Positions 1 through 8,557 of a DNA stretch of 64,000 nt are shown here, in pieces; the first letter of the stretch is position 1, and the number at the start of each line of letters is the position of its first letter. The notes beneath the pieces were generated by a model. That model made no database searches. It saw only the letters and a program-made list of their open reading frames with translations, and was not told the origin of the DNA. A program made the position numbers and the translations under genes. The stretch is from Candidatus Blackburnbacteria bacterium (GTDB lineage: Bacteria > Patescibacteriota > Microgenomatia > UBA8517 > UBA10165), in NCBI GenBank assembly GCA_016183565.1, contig JACPEJ010000001.1, forward strand, positions 114,257-178,256. The letters are read 5' to 3'.

Positions 1-492
1 CCAGGCAGTTTCAACGCCTTTTGGATCTCCTCCGGCAGTCATAAATTGATAACCGGCGAAGATAAAATTAATTAGTGCATAAACTCCCGCGGCGACAACA
101 AGAACTCGCAGGATGACACCTATGAAATTACCCAGTCCTTCTGGGCCTACACTGAAGTTAGCGATTCCAGGTGGGGGGTTGATTTTTCCGAAAAGGTTGT
201 TGGAGTTGTTTGTGGTGGTTGTGCCATCTCCGGCAGGACGGGTTGTTCCTGGAGCAACGTCGTTTTCACCTGGGCAGTAAAAGCCGTTTGGACTGCCGAT
301 GCAATTACAGCCTCGATTTTCGTCAGCGCATTCTTGCCTTGTGCGGGAGTAGTTTCTTACTTTGCCGCCTTCATCTCCTGTTACTGCAGCTTGTAGTGGC
401 TTGGATGCTATTAATAGGGAAGTGAATAGGGTTAAGCTAGTAACAAAGAGGGCGAAAGCTATTTTTCTTATAGTAATATTGTGCGTTATCAT
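1..492 (-). CDS. Partial gene; the 3' end lies beyond the window start. Secreted Cys-rich protein (signal peptide MITHNITIRKIAFALFVTSLTLFTSLLIAS) whose C-terminus begins a T4SS-pilin-like domain (GVILRVLVVAAGVYALINFIFAGYQFMTAGGDPKG).
   Basis: Reverse-strand translation from the ATG at 492..490, which sits directly after the stop of the upstream pilin gene. Hydrophobic signal, several Cys, and a C-terminal TM-GG-DPKG segment matching the small pilin-like proteins at 494..796 and 2107..2412. Not in the ORF track because it runs off the window. Confidence 0.5.
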   Translation of the reverse strand, partial: MITHNITIRKIAFALFVTSLTLFTSLLIASKPLQAAVTGDEGGKVRNYSRTRQECADENRGCNCIGSPNGFYCPGENDVAPGTTRPAGDGTTTTNNSNNLFGKINPPPGIANFSVGPEGLGNFIGVILRVLVVAAGVYALINFIFAGYQFMTAGGDPKGVETAW

Positions 493-493
493 T

Positions 494-796
494 TTAGACA
501 ATTTTAATTCCAGTTATTACTTCGATCAATTGAATTATCCAGTAAGAGACGAAAATTATCAAGAAGCCGACTATTGCTGATAATAGAATTCTTTTTCCGC
601 GGCCGACCTGTTCTCTGTCACTGCTACCTGCTCCTTGAATTATTGCAAATCCGCCCCACACAATAAGTACAAGAAGAACAACTCCTGCGATAATGTAGAG
701 GTTGGATGCGAGGGCTGAGATAAGCTTTCCAACTTGGTCGACTTGGGTTATCGGAGGGCTGTATTTTTCTCCAATGTTAACTTGGGTCATTTCCAT
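494..796 (-). CDS. Small two-TM protein of the T4SS pilin-like (TrbC/VirB2-like, PF18895-type) family common in CPR
   Basis: 100 aa with two hydrophobic helices around a short Gly/charged loop (IVWGGFAIIQGAGSSDREQVGRGKRILLSAIVGF). Paralog of 2107..2412. Confidence 0.6.
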   Translation of the reverse strand: MEMTQVNIGEKYSPPITQVDQVGKLISALASNLYIIAGVVLLVLIVWGGFAIIQGAGSSDREQVGRGKRILLSAIVGFLIIFVSYWIIQLIEVITGIKIV

Positions 797-926
797 ATAT
801 ATAGTTTAACTTGAGGAATGGTTCGTTTGCAAGAAATGGGTAATTTCTTGGCCCCTTGTGATATTTCTTTGCTCTGTGTTAAAATCTCTACTATTATCCG
901 CAAGGTAAAACTGCTGTTGTAATTAA

Positions 927-1727
927 ATGAGCAACAAAGAGCTTACAGAAGGTATTCCTACGCATGTTGCAATTATTATGGATGGCAATCGCCGTTGGGC
1001 GGCGAAGCGTGGTCTTGGGCCGGTTGATGGTCACAGGTTTGCTGCAGAAAAAACTCTAAAACCCATTGTTGTTCGAGCAATTAAAAGAGGTATTAAATAC
1101 TTAACTTTGTGGGCCTTTTCTACAGAGAATAAAAAAAGGGACAAGCTGGAACTTCAGGGTTTAATGAAAATCTTTAGAGATGTTTTGAAAAGTAATCTTC
1201 GTGAACTTGAGGAACTTGGGGTACAGTTGAAGATAATAGGTGATATTGATTGGTTTCCGAAAGATATAGCGGAATTGGCAAAGGCGATTGCCGAGCGTAC
1301 AAAGAACAACAAAAAAATAACAGTTTCTTTTGCTTTAAATTATGGGGGTCGGGAAGAGATTTTGCGTGCGATCTCAAGATTACTGGATAAGATACAGACT
1401 CATCAGAGGTCGGCTGAAGAACCAGTTACAGAGGGGGAGTTTGCAAGTCTTCTTGATACTTCAGGAATGCCTGATCCTGATTTGATTGTAAGAACAGGGG
1501 GGAATCTTCGTTTGTCGGGTTATTTCCCTTGGCAGAGTGTTTATTCGGAACTTTATTTTACCAAGACTCTTTGGCCTGATTTTACACCGGCGAAACTGGA
1601 TGCAGCACTAATGGATTATACAAAAAGGATGAGAAGATTTGGTGGTGGGAGTTTTAAGGACTATACGAAAAACGTAAAACGCAAAATGCAAAACGTAGGA
1701 AAGTCATTTGGTTTGCGATTGAAATAG
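927..1727 (+). CDS. uppS: Undecaprenyl-diphosphate synthase (isoprenyl transferase)
   Basis: HVAIIMDGNRRWA, FSTENKKR, RTGGNLRLSGYFPWQSVYSELYF motifs; 266 aa. Confidence 0.9.
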   Translation: MSNKELTEGIPTHVAIIMDGNRRWAAKRGLGPVDGHRFAAEKTLKPIVVRAIKRGIKYLTLWAFSTENKKRDKLELQGLMKIFRDVLKSNLRELEELGVQLKIIGDIDWFPKDIAELAKAIAERTKNNKKITVSFALNYGGREEILRAISRLLDKIQTHQRSAEEPVTEGEFASLLDTSGMPDPDLIVRTGGNLRLSGYFPWQSVYSELYFTKTLWPDFTPAKLDAALMDYTKRMRRFGGGSFKDYTKNVKRKMQNVGKSFGLRLK

Positions 1728-2096
1728 CTTCCAAAGTAACTGTCCGCAACGATTTCTTTTTTCTGTAATCTCTTTAAAAGCGTTTGTGCTTAAATAGTTC
1801 TGATCCAAAGCAAATTCTAGTAAGTAAGTAGCTTCTGCTAGAGAACCTAGTGCTATTCTCAAAAATTGCCTGAACTCATTTTTATTATTTCTAGCATAGC
1901 CCTCAATTATATTGAGAGCCACAGAAAGTGTGGCACGTCGTAGTTGTGAGGTGAGGCCATAGGTTTCATCTTTCGGGAACGTTTTTGTCGTTTTGTAGAC
2001 TGATTTGGCCAACTCATCAGCAATTTGCCATGCTAGCAAGTTCTTGTAAAGAGGAGTGAAAGTAGTATTTTTGTCCTTATACGTTTTGCGTATCAC
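1704..2096 (-). CDS. Four-helix-bundle protein (TIGR02436, 23S rRNA intervening-sequence protein family)
   Basis: 130 aa with the characteristic LAWQIADELAKSVYKTTKTFPKDETYGLTSQLRRATLSVALNIIEGYAR pattern. Stop region overlaps the uppS 3' end convergently (1704-1727). Confidence 0.8.
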   Translation of the reverse strand: MIRKTYKDKNTTFTPLYKNLLAWQIADELAKSVYKTTKTFPKDETYGLTSQLRRATLSVALNIIEGYARNNKNEFRQFLRIALGSLAEATYLLEFALDQNYLSTNAFKEITEKRNRCGQLLWKLFQSQTK

Positions 2097-2106
2097 GTTT
2101 TACGTT

Positions 2107-2412
2107 TTACTGAAACAGATTCCCAAACTGTTTTACTCCCAACACCAACCCCAGTATTTGTACTAGCCAGAAGGCGGCGAAGATAATCACAAAGCCGATG
2201 ATTGCATGGGTGATTCTTTCTCTTGCTGCTGCAGTTCCCTTGGGATCACCTTGGGCTGTCATTATGCCGAACCCTCCCCAGATAAGATAAAGGAAGAGGA
2301 TTATTCCGGCTATGCCGAACAAATAAGGGACGAAAGCGCTTACTATTGAGCCCAGACTATTGAGCTCGGGTTTTAGACCAGCTGATTCTTGCAGTTTGTT
2401 AAAGTCAATCAT
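2107..2412 (-). CDS. T4SS pilin-like (TrbC/VirB2-like) small membrane protein, paralog of 494..796
   Basis: 101 aa with the same two-TM architecture (LFLYLIWGGFGIMTAQGDPKGTAAARERITHAIIGFVIIF). Confidence 0.6.
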   Translation of the reverse strand: MIDFNKLQESAGLKPELNSLGSIVSAFVPYLFGIAGIILFLYLIWGGFGIMTAQGDPKGTAAARERITHAIIGFVIIFAAFWLVQILGLVLGVKQFGNLFQ

Positions 2413-2413
2413 G

Positions 2414-3511
2414 TTATTTGTTAAACCCTGGTAAAGCTAAAATATCAACTCCTATTAATTTTAGCAAAAATACAGAGAAAATAATCAAGATGAGACCTGA
2501 GATTGCAGCATTTAAGAGCTCTTTTCCTCCTTGGACTTTCTCCGGGTTTCCTGAAGCGGTTGTAATTTGGAAACCAGCGATTAAGATAAGAATGAAAGCA
2601 ACTCCCCCAGCAATTCCCAAGGCCCACCTTAAGAACCAGCCGACAAATTGGTTGGTGTCTCTTATGGGGATACAACCCACCGCAGTTTGGATAGCTTCTC
2701 TTGAGGGATCGCAAAAGGTGGGCTCAAATCCCAAGAGGGGTGTTGACGTGTAACCGGCGTCAGTTTCCTGGTTATCTATAGGATTGCCGGGTGTACCAAC
2801 GTCAAACTTTAGTGAATTGCAACGTGTACCTACCCACGGGGTAAGGATAGCAACTGGTCCTTGTTTGAGCTGTTGTAGTTCTGCTTTGTATCCTCGACCT
2901 GCAGTAGAGATTTGGTCTATCAGGAGTGTAAAAGAACCATCAGAAGATAAGCTGGGACTAAAGTATTTGTTATCACCAGGGCCTGAAATGGATAGCCGGT
3001 ATACAGAACCAGTGGGGGGTGTGGGCACACTGATTCCTCTAACTGTTAAATTTGTGTTTGTATCAAAAGCAGCGGTTCCAGCAGGGTTATCGCCGGAAAT
3101 ATTTAGTTTACAACCAGGAGTTACCGCATAAGTTCTTTTACAAAGGGGGGCGTCTTTGCCCTCTTGGATAAGTTGAATTTCGTGTCTACTAGGAACTTCA
3201 TCGAAAATCCTGTCTGAGCAGACTCCCCATCTGAAAGTGTGGGAAATCGTGTTGTCTGGATTCGGAGCTTGATTTGGAGATTCTTGTTTATTACCACAAC
3301 TCAATGTCCGATTCGTTATAATTCTGATCCTGAATTTTTTTCCTGTTGCGCCCATGTTAGGGAAGCCCATTTTGAACTCAACAGATCTGTCGCTGCTTTT
3401 AATTCTTTCTGGTGTGAGGGTACAGATATCTTGCGCATTTACTCTTTGGGGGAGTACAAGAAAAGCTACAACTATTATTATCAGTAGGCCTATTAGTTTT
3501 TTCATCGCCAT
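2414..3511 (-). CDS. Secreted Cys-rich protein with a C-terminal T4SS-pilin-like two-TM domain (pilin fusion / possible tip adhesin)
   Basis: Start most likely at the internal MAMKKLIGLLIIIVVAFLVLPQRVNA signal peptide (ATG at 3511) rather than the ORF-track start at 3664. About 8 Cys in the ectodomain. The C-terminal 75 aa (FVGWFLRWALGIAGGVAFILILIAGFQITTASGNPEKVQGGKELLNAAISGLILIIFSVFLL) is homologous to the standalone pilin-like proteins. Confidence 0.55.
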   Translation of the reverse strand: MAMKKLIGLLIIIVVAFLVLPQRVNAQDICTLTPERIKSSDRSVEFKMGFPNMGATGKKFRIRIITNRTLSCGNKQESPNQAPNPDNTISHTFRWGVCSDRIFDEVPSRHEIQLIQEGKDAPLCKRTYAVTPGCKLNISGDNPAGTAAFDTNTNLTVRGISVPTPPTGSVYRLSISGPGDNKYFSPSLSSDGSFTLLIDQISTAGRGYKAELQQLKQGPVAILTPWVGTRCNSLKFDVGTPGNPIDNQETDAGYTSTPLLGFEPTFCDPSREAIQTAVGCIPIRDTNQFVGWFLRWALGIAGGVAFILILIAGFQITTASGNPEKVQGGKELLNAAISGLILIIFSVFLLKLIGVDILALPGFNK

Positions 3512-3532
3512 TTCAAGTTTATCACAGCCCAC

Positions 3533-5362
3533 TTGGTTGTTGCTAGGGATAGTCGGGAAGGGGGTGTTTGGGGCTGGTATAATGGGAGAGTGCAATCCTT
3601 CGATAAAACTCAGGACAAGAGTGCAAAGTGCAATCCTTCGATAAAACTCAGGACAAGAGTGCAAAGTTGGAAGAGCCTATTAATAAAATCCTTCTTTATT
3701 TTGCTGTTAACAATAATTTTTCGCTTTCCAGTGGTTGCAAGCAATTGTCCGGAGAAGGATTACGATTGTCAGATCCAAGAAATTCAGCGGGATATAGATC
3801 AAATAAAACCTGCGCATGAGAAAAATAAGTCGGATTTGGCGGGTTTGAGAAAACAAATACAAAACATACGTGCAAAGATTTTTGACATATCAACGCAGTT
3901 AAATAATTTAGAAAAAGATATTTTAGACAGAGAAGAAAAGTTGGCTTTGCGTGAGGAACTCTTTAACCAAAAGTCAAAACGTCACTATATTGTTCTTCGT
4001 CAGTACGACCCCTTGGCACCATTCTTACTTGCTGAGTCAGCAACTGATCTTTTGCGGCAGGTGGCAATAAGAAAAAGAATTATTGCCGAAGATCAAAAGG
4101 AAATATTAAAATTGGCAGAGCAGATTTCTTCTTTGGAAAAAGATAGAGAAACTTTAAAAACAAGCAGGGCTTCTTTGACCTCTTCCCAACAGCAGTTGGA
4201 TAAAAAAGCTGAGTTTTTGGCGGGTGAGGTTGCAAAGGTCGAGTCATATCTTGCTGGTCTTACTTCTAAGCAGAAGAATTTGCTGGCTCAAAAACTTGCG
4301 AGTCTTAATCTTCCGACTAGTCTTGGTGCGGGACCTCTTTTGTGTACGGATGATAGAAAGCTGGATCCTGGGTTTAGTCCGGCTTTTGCGCTCTTTACTT
4401 ATGGAATTCCGCACAGGGTGGGGTTGAATCAGTACGGTGCGTATGGGCGAGCGAAGCTTGGACAAAATTACCAAGATATCTTGAGGGCATATTACGATGG
4501 GATTTCTATTGAGAAGAGGTCGAATGTTAATTTGAAAGTTAAGGGGTATGGGGAGATGCCCTTGGAGCAGTATTTGTTGGGTATTTATGAGATGCCTGGA
4601 GATTGGCCTGCAGAGGCTTTGAAGGCTCAGGTGGTTGCGGCTCGTTCTTATGCTTTGGCTTATACGGACAATGGGGCGAAAGAGATATGTACGACACAGG
4701 CTTGTCAGGTTTATAAAGGCGGGAGTAAAGGGGGGAATTGGGAAGCTGCAGTTCGGGCGACTGAGGGAGAGACACTTGTGTCCGGAGGTCAGCCGATTAC
4801 GGCTTGGTATGCGTCGACTTTTGGAGGGTATGCCTTAAGGTCGGATGATGTTGGTTGGTCCCCGCGTCCTTGGACCAAAAGGTTGAGGGATACGCTAGGC
4901 GATGTTGGTAATTTTGGGGAGTTAAATGAGAGGGCTTATGATAAGGATTCTCCTTGTTTTTATGCAGCGCAGGGTTTCAGAAAAGAGTATGCAAAATCAG
5001 CTTGGCTTAAAAGTGAGGAGGTTGCGGATATAGTTAATGTTTGGCTTTTAGGGAGTCGTGATCCATCTACCCAAAATCATCTTTCGCAAGTGGATAGGTC
5101 TAATCCTGATGGGGTGGAGACATGGGATACAGTGAGAGTTCGGCAGGAATTGCAGAGTCGTGGCTTGACTCCATATACAAGTGTTTCTAGTGTTTCTGTG
5201 AGCGGATGGGATACAAGTGTTGGAAAAACCAATTCTGTTTCCATAGAAGGGAATGCCGGAACCCAGACTATTTCTGCGGATGAGTTTAGGAATTTTTTCA
5301 ATTTGCGTGCACCCGGAAATATACAGATAGTAGGACCGTTGTTTAATGCAGAACGGAGGTGA
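3533..5362 (+). CDS. Coiled-coil protein with a C-terminal SpoIID/LytB-like domain (peptidoglycan-remodelling amidase enhancer family). The N-terminus is uncertain.
   Basis: SpoIID-like block LEQYLLGIYEMPGDWPAEALKAQVVAARSYALAYTDNGAKEICTTQACQVYKGG, with a long coiled-coil N-terminal half. The ORF-track start is a TTG at 3533 that reads through the tandem repeat. A signal-like segment KSLLIKSFFILLLTIIFRFPVVAS follows the repeat, so the real start is probably downstream (for example the TTG at 3704). Confidence 0.6.
   Translation: MVVARDSREGGVWGWYNGRVQSFDKTQDKSAKCNPSIKLRTRVQSWKSLLIKSFFILLLTIIFRFPVVASNCPEKDYDCQIQEIQRDIDQIKPAHEKNKSDLAGLRKQIQNIRAKIFDISTQLNNLEKDILDREEKLALREELFNQKSKRHYIVLRQYDPLAPFLLAESATDLLRQVAIRKRIIAEDQKEILKLAEQISSLEKDRETLKTSRASLTSSQQQLDKKAEFLAGEVAKVESYLAGLTSKQKNLLAQKLASLNLPTSLGAGPLLCTDDRKLDPGFSPAFALFTYGIPHRVGLNQYGAYGRAKLGQNYQDILRAYYDGISIEKRSNVNLKVKGYGEMPLEQYLLGIYEMPGDWPAEALKAQVVAARSYALAYTDNGAKEICTTQACQVYKGGSKGGNWEAAVRATEGETLVSGGQPITAWYASTFGGYALRSDDVGWSPRPWTKRLRDTLGDVGNFGELNERAYDKDSPCFYAAQGFRKEYAKSAWLKSEEVADIVNVWLLGSRDPSTQNHLSQVDRSNPDGVETWDTVRVRQELQSRGLTPYTSVSSVSVSGWDTSVGKTNSVSIEGNAGTQTISADEFRNFFNLRAPGNIQIVGPLFNAERR
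3590..3665. repeat. Perfect tandem duplication, 2 x 38 bp (gtgcaatccttcgataaaactcaggacaagagtgcaaa)
   Basis: Read directly: copy 1 at 3590-3627 and copy 2 at 3628-3665. Lies just downstream of an extended -10 (TGGTATAAT, 3574-3582) in the divergent region between the 3511(-) and 3533(+) genes. The period is not a multiple of 3. Confidence 0.85.
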
Positions 5363-5427
5363 CAATTTGGCCTGTAAGAGGTAGAATAGGTTAATAATTT
5401 ATAATTTTAAATTGAAAAATTTTTACA

Positions 5428-6066
5428 ATGCCTGATTTATATATTTCTAACACCAACAAAGTACAGACTTCTCGGCCTGAGGATAAACATCATGCACCTG
5501 GTCATACCCGCAATCCTTTTGCTGCGTATTCCTACAAGCCTGGTAACGCTCGCTTTGAGACACAGGAGCTTGAGGAAAAGATTGTTCTTCTTTTAAGAAA
5601 GCATCCTATTACGAATATTCCGTGGATTGTACTTTCTCTTGCTTTGGCGTTAGCTCCTTTGGTCTTTGGTTTTATTCCGTTGGCTACTTTTTTTCCGGTG
5701 CAGTTCCAAACGGGGGCTATTTTGCTTTGGTATCTTTTAGTTGTGGCTATAGTTTTAGAAGGTGCTCTTTCTTGGTTTTTTAATGTTTATATGATTACAG
5801 ATGAACGGATAATTGATGTTGATTTTTATAATCTTATTTACAGGGAGATTTCTGATGCCAAAATAGATAGGATACAAGACGTTACTTATAAGATGGGAGG
5901 TGTGGTAGGGACTTTGTTTAATTACGGAGATGTGGTGATTCAGACTGCTGGGACAATACCCAACTTTGATTTTATTGCAGTTCCTAATCCGGCTGAGGTT
6001 GCAAGAGTTTTACAGATTTCCAGAACTGAGGAGGAAGTTGAAGCGATGGAAGGGAGAGTAAGATGA
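5428..6066 (+). CDS. Membrane protein with a bacterial PH domain (bPH_2/DUF304, YdbT-like)
   Basis: Two TM helices followed by a YMITDERIIDVDF...GDVVIQTAG pattern typical of bPH_2. Confidence 0.5.
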   Translation: MPDLYISNTNKVQTSRPEDKHHAPGHTRNPFAAYSYKPGNARFETQELEEKIVLLLRKHPITNIPWIVLSLALALAPLVFGFIPLATFFPVQFQTGAILLWYLLVVAIVLEGALSWFFNVYMITDERIIDVDFYNLIYREISDAKIDRIQDVTYKMGGVVGTLFNYGDVVIQTAGTIPNFDFIAVPNPAEVARVLQISRTEEEVEAMEGRVR

Positions 6067-6281
6067 TTGTAGATTTCAATCAGCCAGTTTTGCTTTTAAC
6101 AAAAGTATTTTTTCTTTTCGCGTTTTTTATTTACATTATTTTTGCAACAGTTGTTGTTCGACAGGTATATCTTATGACGAATACCTTGGAAGTTGGTTTT
6201 GAGAGTCAGTTAAGGATAATTTCCTGGCTTCATCTTTTATTGGCAATTGGTGTGTTTTTGTTTGCACTGGTAGCTCTTTAA
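6063..6281 (+). CDS. Small two-TM hypothetical membrane protein, translationally coupled to the upstream gene (ATGA overlap)
   Basis: 72-aa hydrophobic ORF with a 4-nt overlap with the preceding gene. Confidence 0.35.
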   Translation: MIVDFNQPVLLLTKVFFLFAFFIYIIFATVVVRQVYLMTNTLEVGFESQLRIISWLHLLLAIGVFLFALVAL

Positions 6282-6283
6282 AG

Positions 6284-8131
6284 ATGTTCTTAACCACTGC
6301 CAAAATCCTTGGGCTACCCACAAGACGATCTTGGGCCCAAGTTTATAGTTTTACCCCGGATGAGGAGCTTCTTTCTTCTTGTGGTTCGCTTGTTACTATT
6401 GCAGCTCTTACGACTACACTTGAGCCTGATCCAACACAGCCTATTGAGAATGAAGTGGTGATTAAGGTTGGCAAAGATGTGTTGACTGGGTTTCAAGAGG
6501 AGTATTTTAAAGGACAGGGTACTCCTTTTAAGAAGCTTAATGATGCGACTCAAAAGGTGGTATCACTTGTTACTCAAGATATAGATAGGTTGGAGCTTTT
6601 GAACTGTGTGTTGTGGAAGCAATATGTTTATTTTTGTGTGGTGGGTGGTGGGGAGGTTTGGGTTTCTAAAGATGGGCGTCTTTCTAATTTACTTAAGTTG
6701 CAACCAGTTGATGGGGGGGTAGTTTGTATTTCCGGGAAGCTTACTGGGAATGAGGTGTTTTTGTTTGGGACGTCTCACTTTTTTGCTTCTGTTGATGGTT
6801 TTTCACTTGAGGAGATTTTTGCAAAAACCCAGATTCCTGATCAAATAGCGGATAATCTTAACCCTTTGGTGCATCGGAAAAATAATCCTTTAGCTGCTGC
6901 TGCTGTGTTTCAAGCGCGGCCTTCTTTTTCTCAGTCTGGCGTAGAGAAGGTTAAGGGTTTTTCAACAAACTTTTTTAAGAGAAAGCTTGTGGAGTTTGCC
7001 CAAAAGCTTCCTGAGAGCAGCGTGTACATTAAGAAAGAAGAACGGCCACGGCGTACTGCTTTGTCGATAGGGGCAGTACTTTTGGTGATATTGAGTGTTA
7101 GCATATTTTTTGGTTTGAGACAAAAGGATGTGAATGAAAGGAAACTCCTTTATGAGAATCGTTTAACTGAGGCCCGCACTTTATATAGTGATGCTTTGGA
7201 AACATTTGGCGTGGATAGAGATCAAGCGCGTTCTAAATTTTCTGCGGCTAGGGGTATTGTGGGGACATTGTTGGCAGAAGGGGTGAAGGATATTGAGCTT
7301 GATCGGTTAGATAGTCAAATGAAACAAGAGGAGGGTGCTATTTTAGGACGAGTAGAGGTTGTCCCTTCTCTTTTTACTGATCTTTCCATTTTTCGATCGG
7401 GAATTACAGCTCTGGAGATTGTACTTCATAAAGATAAAATTGCAGTGTTTGATACAACGGGCGAGAGATTTTTTCTGGTTTCTCTAGCGACCAAGGAGAC
7501 ATTGGCTTTGGGGGGAAGTGGTAAAACCGCCTCTCCGCAGGGTGTAGCTATATATGACGGGCGTGTGTTTACCTTGACAGAGAAGGGGATTGTAGAGATT
7601 GATAAACAGGGTACTGTGGAGACAGTTGTTGAGTTAGATAGTGAGTGGGGTGGCATTTCAAAAATTGGTGTTTTTGGTGGGAATGTTTATCTTCTTTCAA
7701 AAGATGGAGCTATTTGGAGATATCCTAGGGTTGAAGCGGGTTTTGCTGCGAAGCAAGCTTGGCTTTCGGAAGATATGGTGGTAGATTTTTCTGGTGTTCA
7801 AGACTGGACCATAGACGGATCTATCTGGCTACTGTCCTCAAACGGTGAAATTTCAAAATTTACTCGCAGAGCGCGAGATAGTTTTCGTCCCTCTGGCGTA
7901 GAAGGTGGTCTATCAAATTCGACCGCTATTTACACCAATGAAGACCTGGGGTCAATTTTTGTATTGGATAAAGCTCAAGGGAGAATAGTTGAGGTTGAGA
8001 AGAACGGAAAGCGTAAACTTGAGTATAGGAGTGAGGAGTTAAAAACAGCCTATGATTTGGTAGTCTCAAAAGAACTAGGTAAGATTTTTGTTCTTCAGGA
8101 GAGTAGGATTTTAGAGATACCTCTAAGGTAG
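6284..8131 (+). CDS. Hypothetical single-pass membrane protein (cytoplasmic N-domain, TM at ALSIGAVLLVILSVSIFFGL, repeat-rich extracytoplasmic C-domain)
   Basis: 615-aa ORF in frame with no recognisable catalytic motif. The C-terminal half has repeated beta-strand-like segments. Confidence 0.4.
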   Translation: MFLTTAKILGLPTRRSWAQVYSFTPDEELLSSCGSLVTIAALTTTLEPDPTQPIENEVVIKVGKDVLTGFQEEYFKGQGTPFKKLNDATQKVVSLVTQDIDRLELLNCVLWKQYVYFCVVGGGEVWVSKDGRLSNLLKLQPVDGGVVCISGKLTGNEVFLFGTSHFFASVDGFSLEEIFAKTQIPDQIADNLNPLVHRKNNPLAAAAVFQARPSFSQSGVEKVKGFSTNFFKRKLVEFAQKLPESSVYIKKEERPRRTALSIGAVLLVILSVSIFFGLRQKDVNERKLLYENRLTEARTLYSDALETFGVDRDQARSKFSAARGIVGTLLAEGVKDIELDRLDSQMKQEEGAILGRVEVVPSLFTDLSIFRSGITALEIVLHKDKIAVFDTTGERFFLVSLATKETLALGGSGKTASPQGVAIYDGRVFTLTEKGIVEIDKQGTVETVVELDSEWGGISKIGVFGGNVYLLSKDGAIWRYPRVEAGFAAKQAWLSEDMVVDFSGVQDWTIDGSIWLLSSNGEISKFTRRARDSFRPSGVEGGLSNSTAIYTNEDLGSIFVLDKAQGRIVEVEKNGKRKLEYRSEELKTAYDLVVSKELGKIFVLQESRILEIPLR

Positions 8132-8136
8132 ATACT

Positions 8137-8367
8137 TTAGGTTAGTCGTTTATTTCTAAAGGCAAAGCCGGAGCTTGATTTTAGGTATTTTTCAAAAGAA
8201 AGTGCTTTTAGTTTTGAATTGAAAGCACAATAGAACATAAGCTCTTTAGCTGTTTCCGTATGAACAACCAATCCTTTAAAGTGAGTTTTGATGCGTTGTT
8301 TTAGATTAGAAGAAAACCCTGTGTAGTAAGTTCCGTCACTGAGTTGGAGAATATAAACGTAATACAC
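8137..8367 (-). CDS. GIY-YIG nuclease family protein (small UPF0213-like)
   Basis: MYYVYILQLSDGTYYTGFSSNLKQRIKTH carries the GIY-(10)-YIG motif. Confidence 0.8.
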   Translation of the reverse strand: MYYVYILQLSDGTYYTGFSSNLKQRIKTHFKGLVVHTETAKELMFYCAFNSKLKALSFEKYLKSSSGFAFRNKRLT

Positions 8368-8557
8368 AAAACCAGTTTAGCAAAAATGTCCCACGTCGCG
8401 TGAAGCTATGCGGGACACCACACTATTTTTGCTTCTTGGTGCCGCGAAGCCTAGTAGAAAGTAGATAAAAATGCCCCACTACGCATAAAGCTTCGTTAGG
8501 GCACACTTCATGCGGTGGCTGCGCCACGCGAAGCCCCGCTGAATGCGGGGCGAAGTG

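Noticed and set aside
1174-1377. 67-aa minus-strand ORF
   Set aside because: Antisense within uppS.
2418-3131. Several plus-strand ORFs (2418..2753, 2784..3131, 3239..3487, 3354..3644)
   Set aside because: Antisense to the well-supported secreted pilin-fusion gene on the minus strand and without motifs.
3533-3700. ORF-track N-terminus of the SpoIID-like gene starting at TTG 3533
   Set aside because: It begins 22 bp from the divergent gene's start and reads through a strong -10 element and the 2 x 38-bp repeat (period not divisible by 3). The real start is more likely downstream; kept as uncertain rather than asserted.
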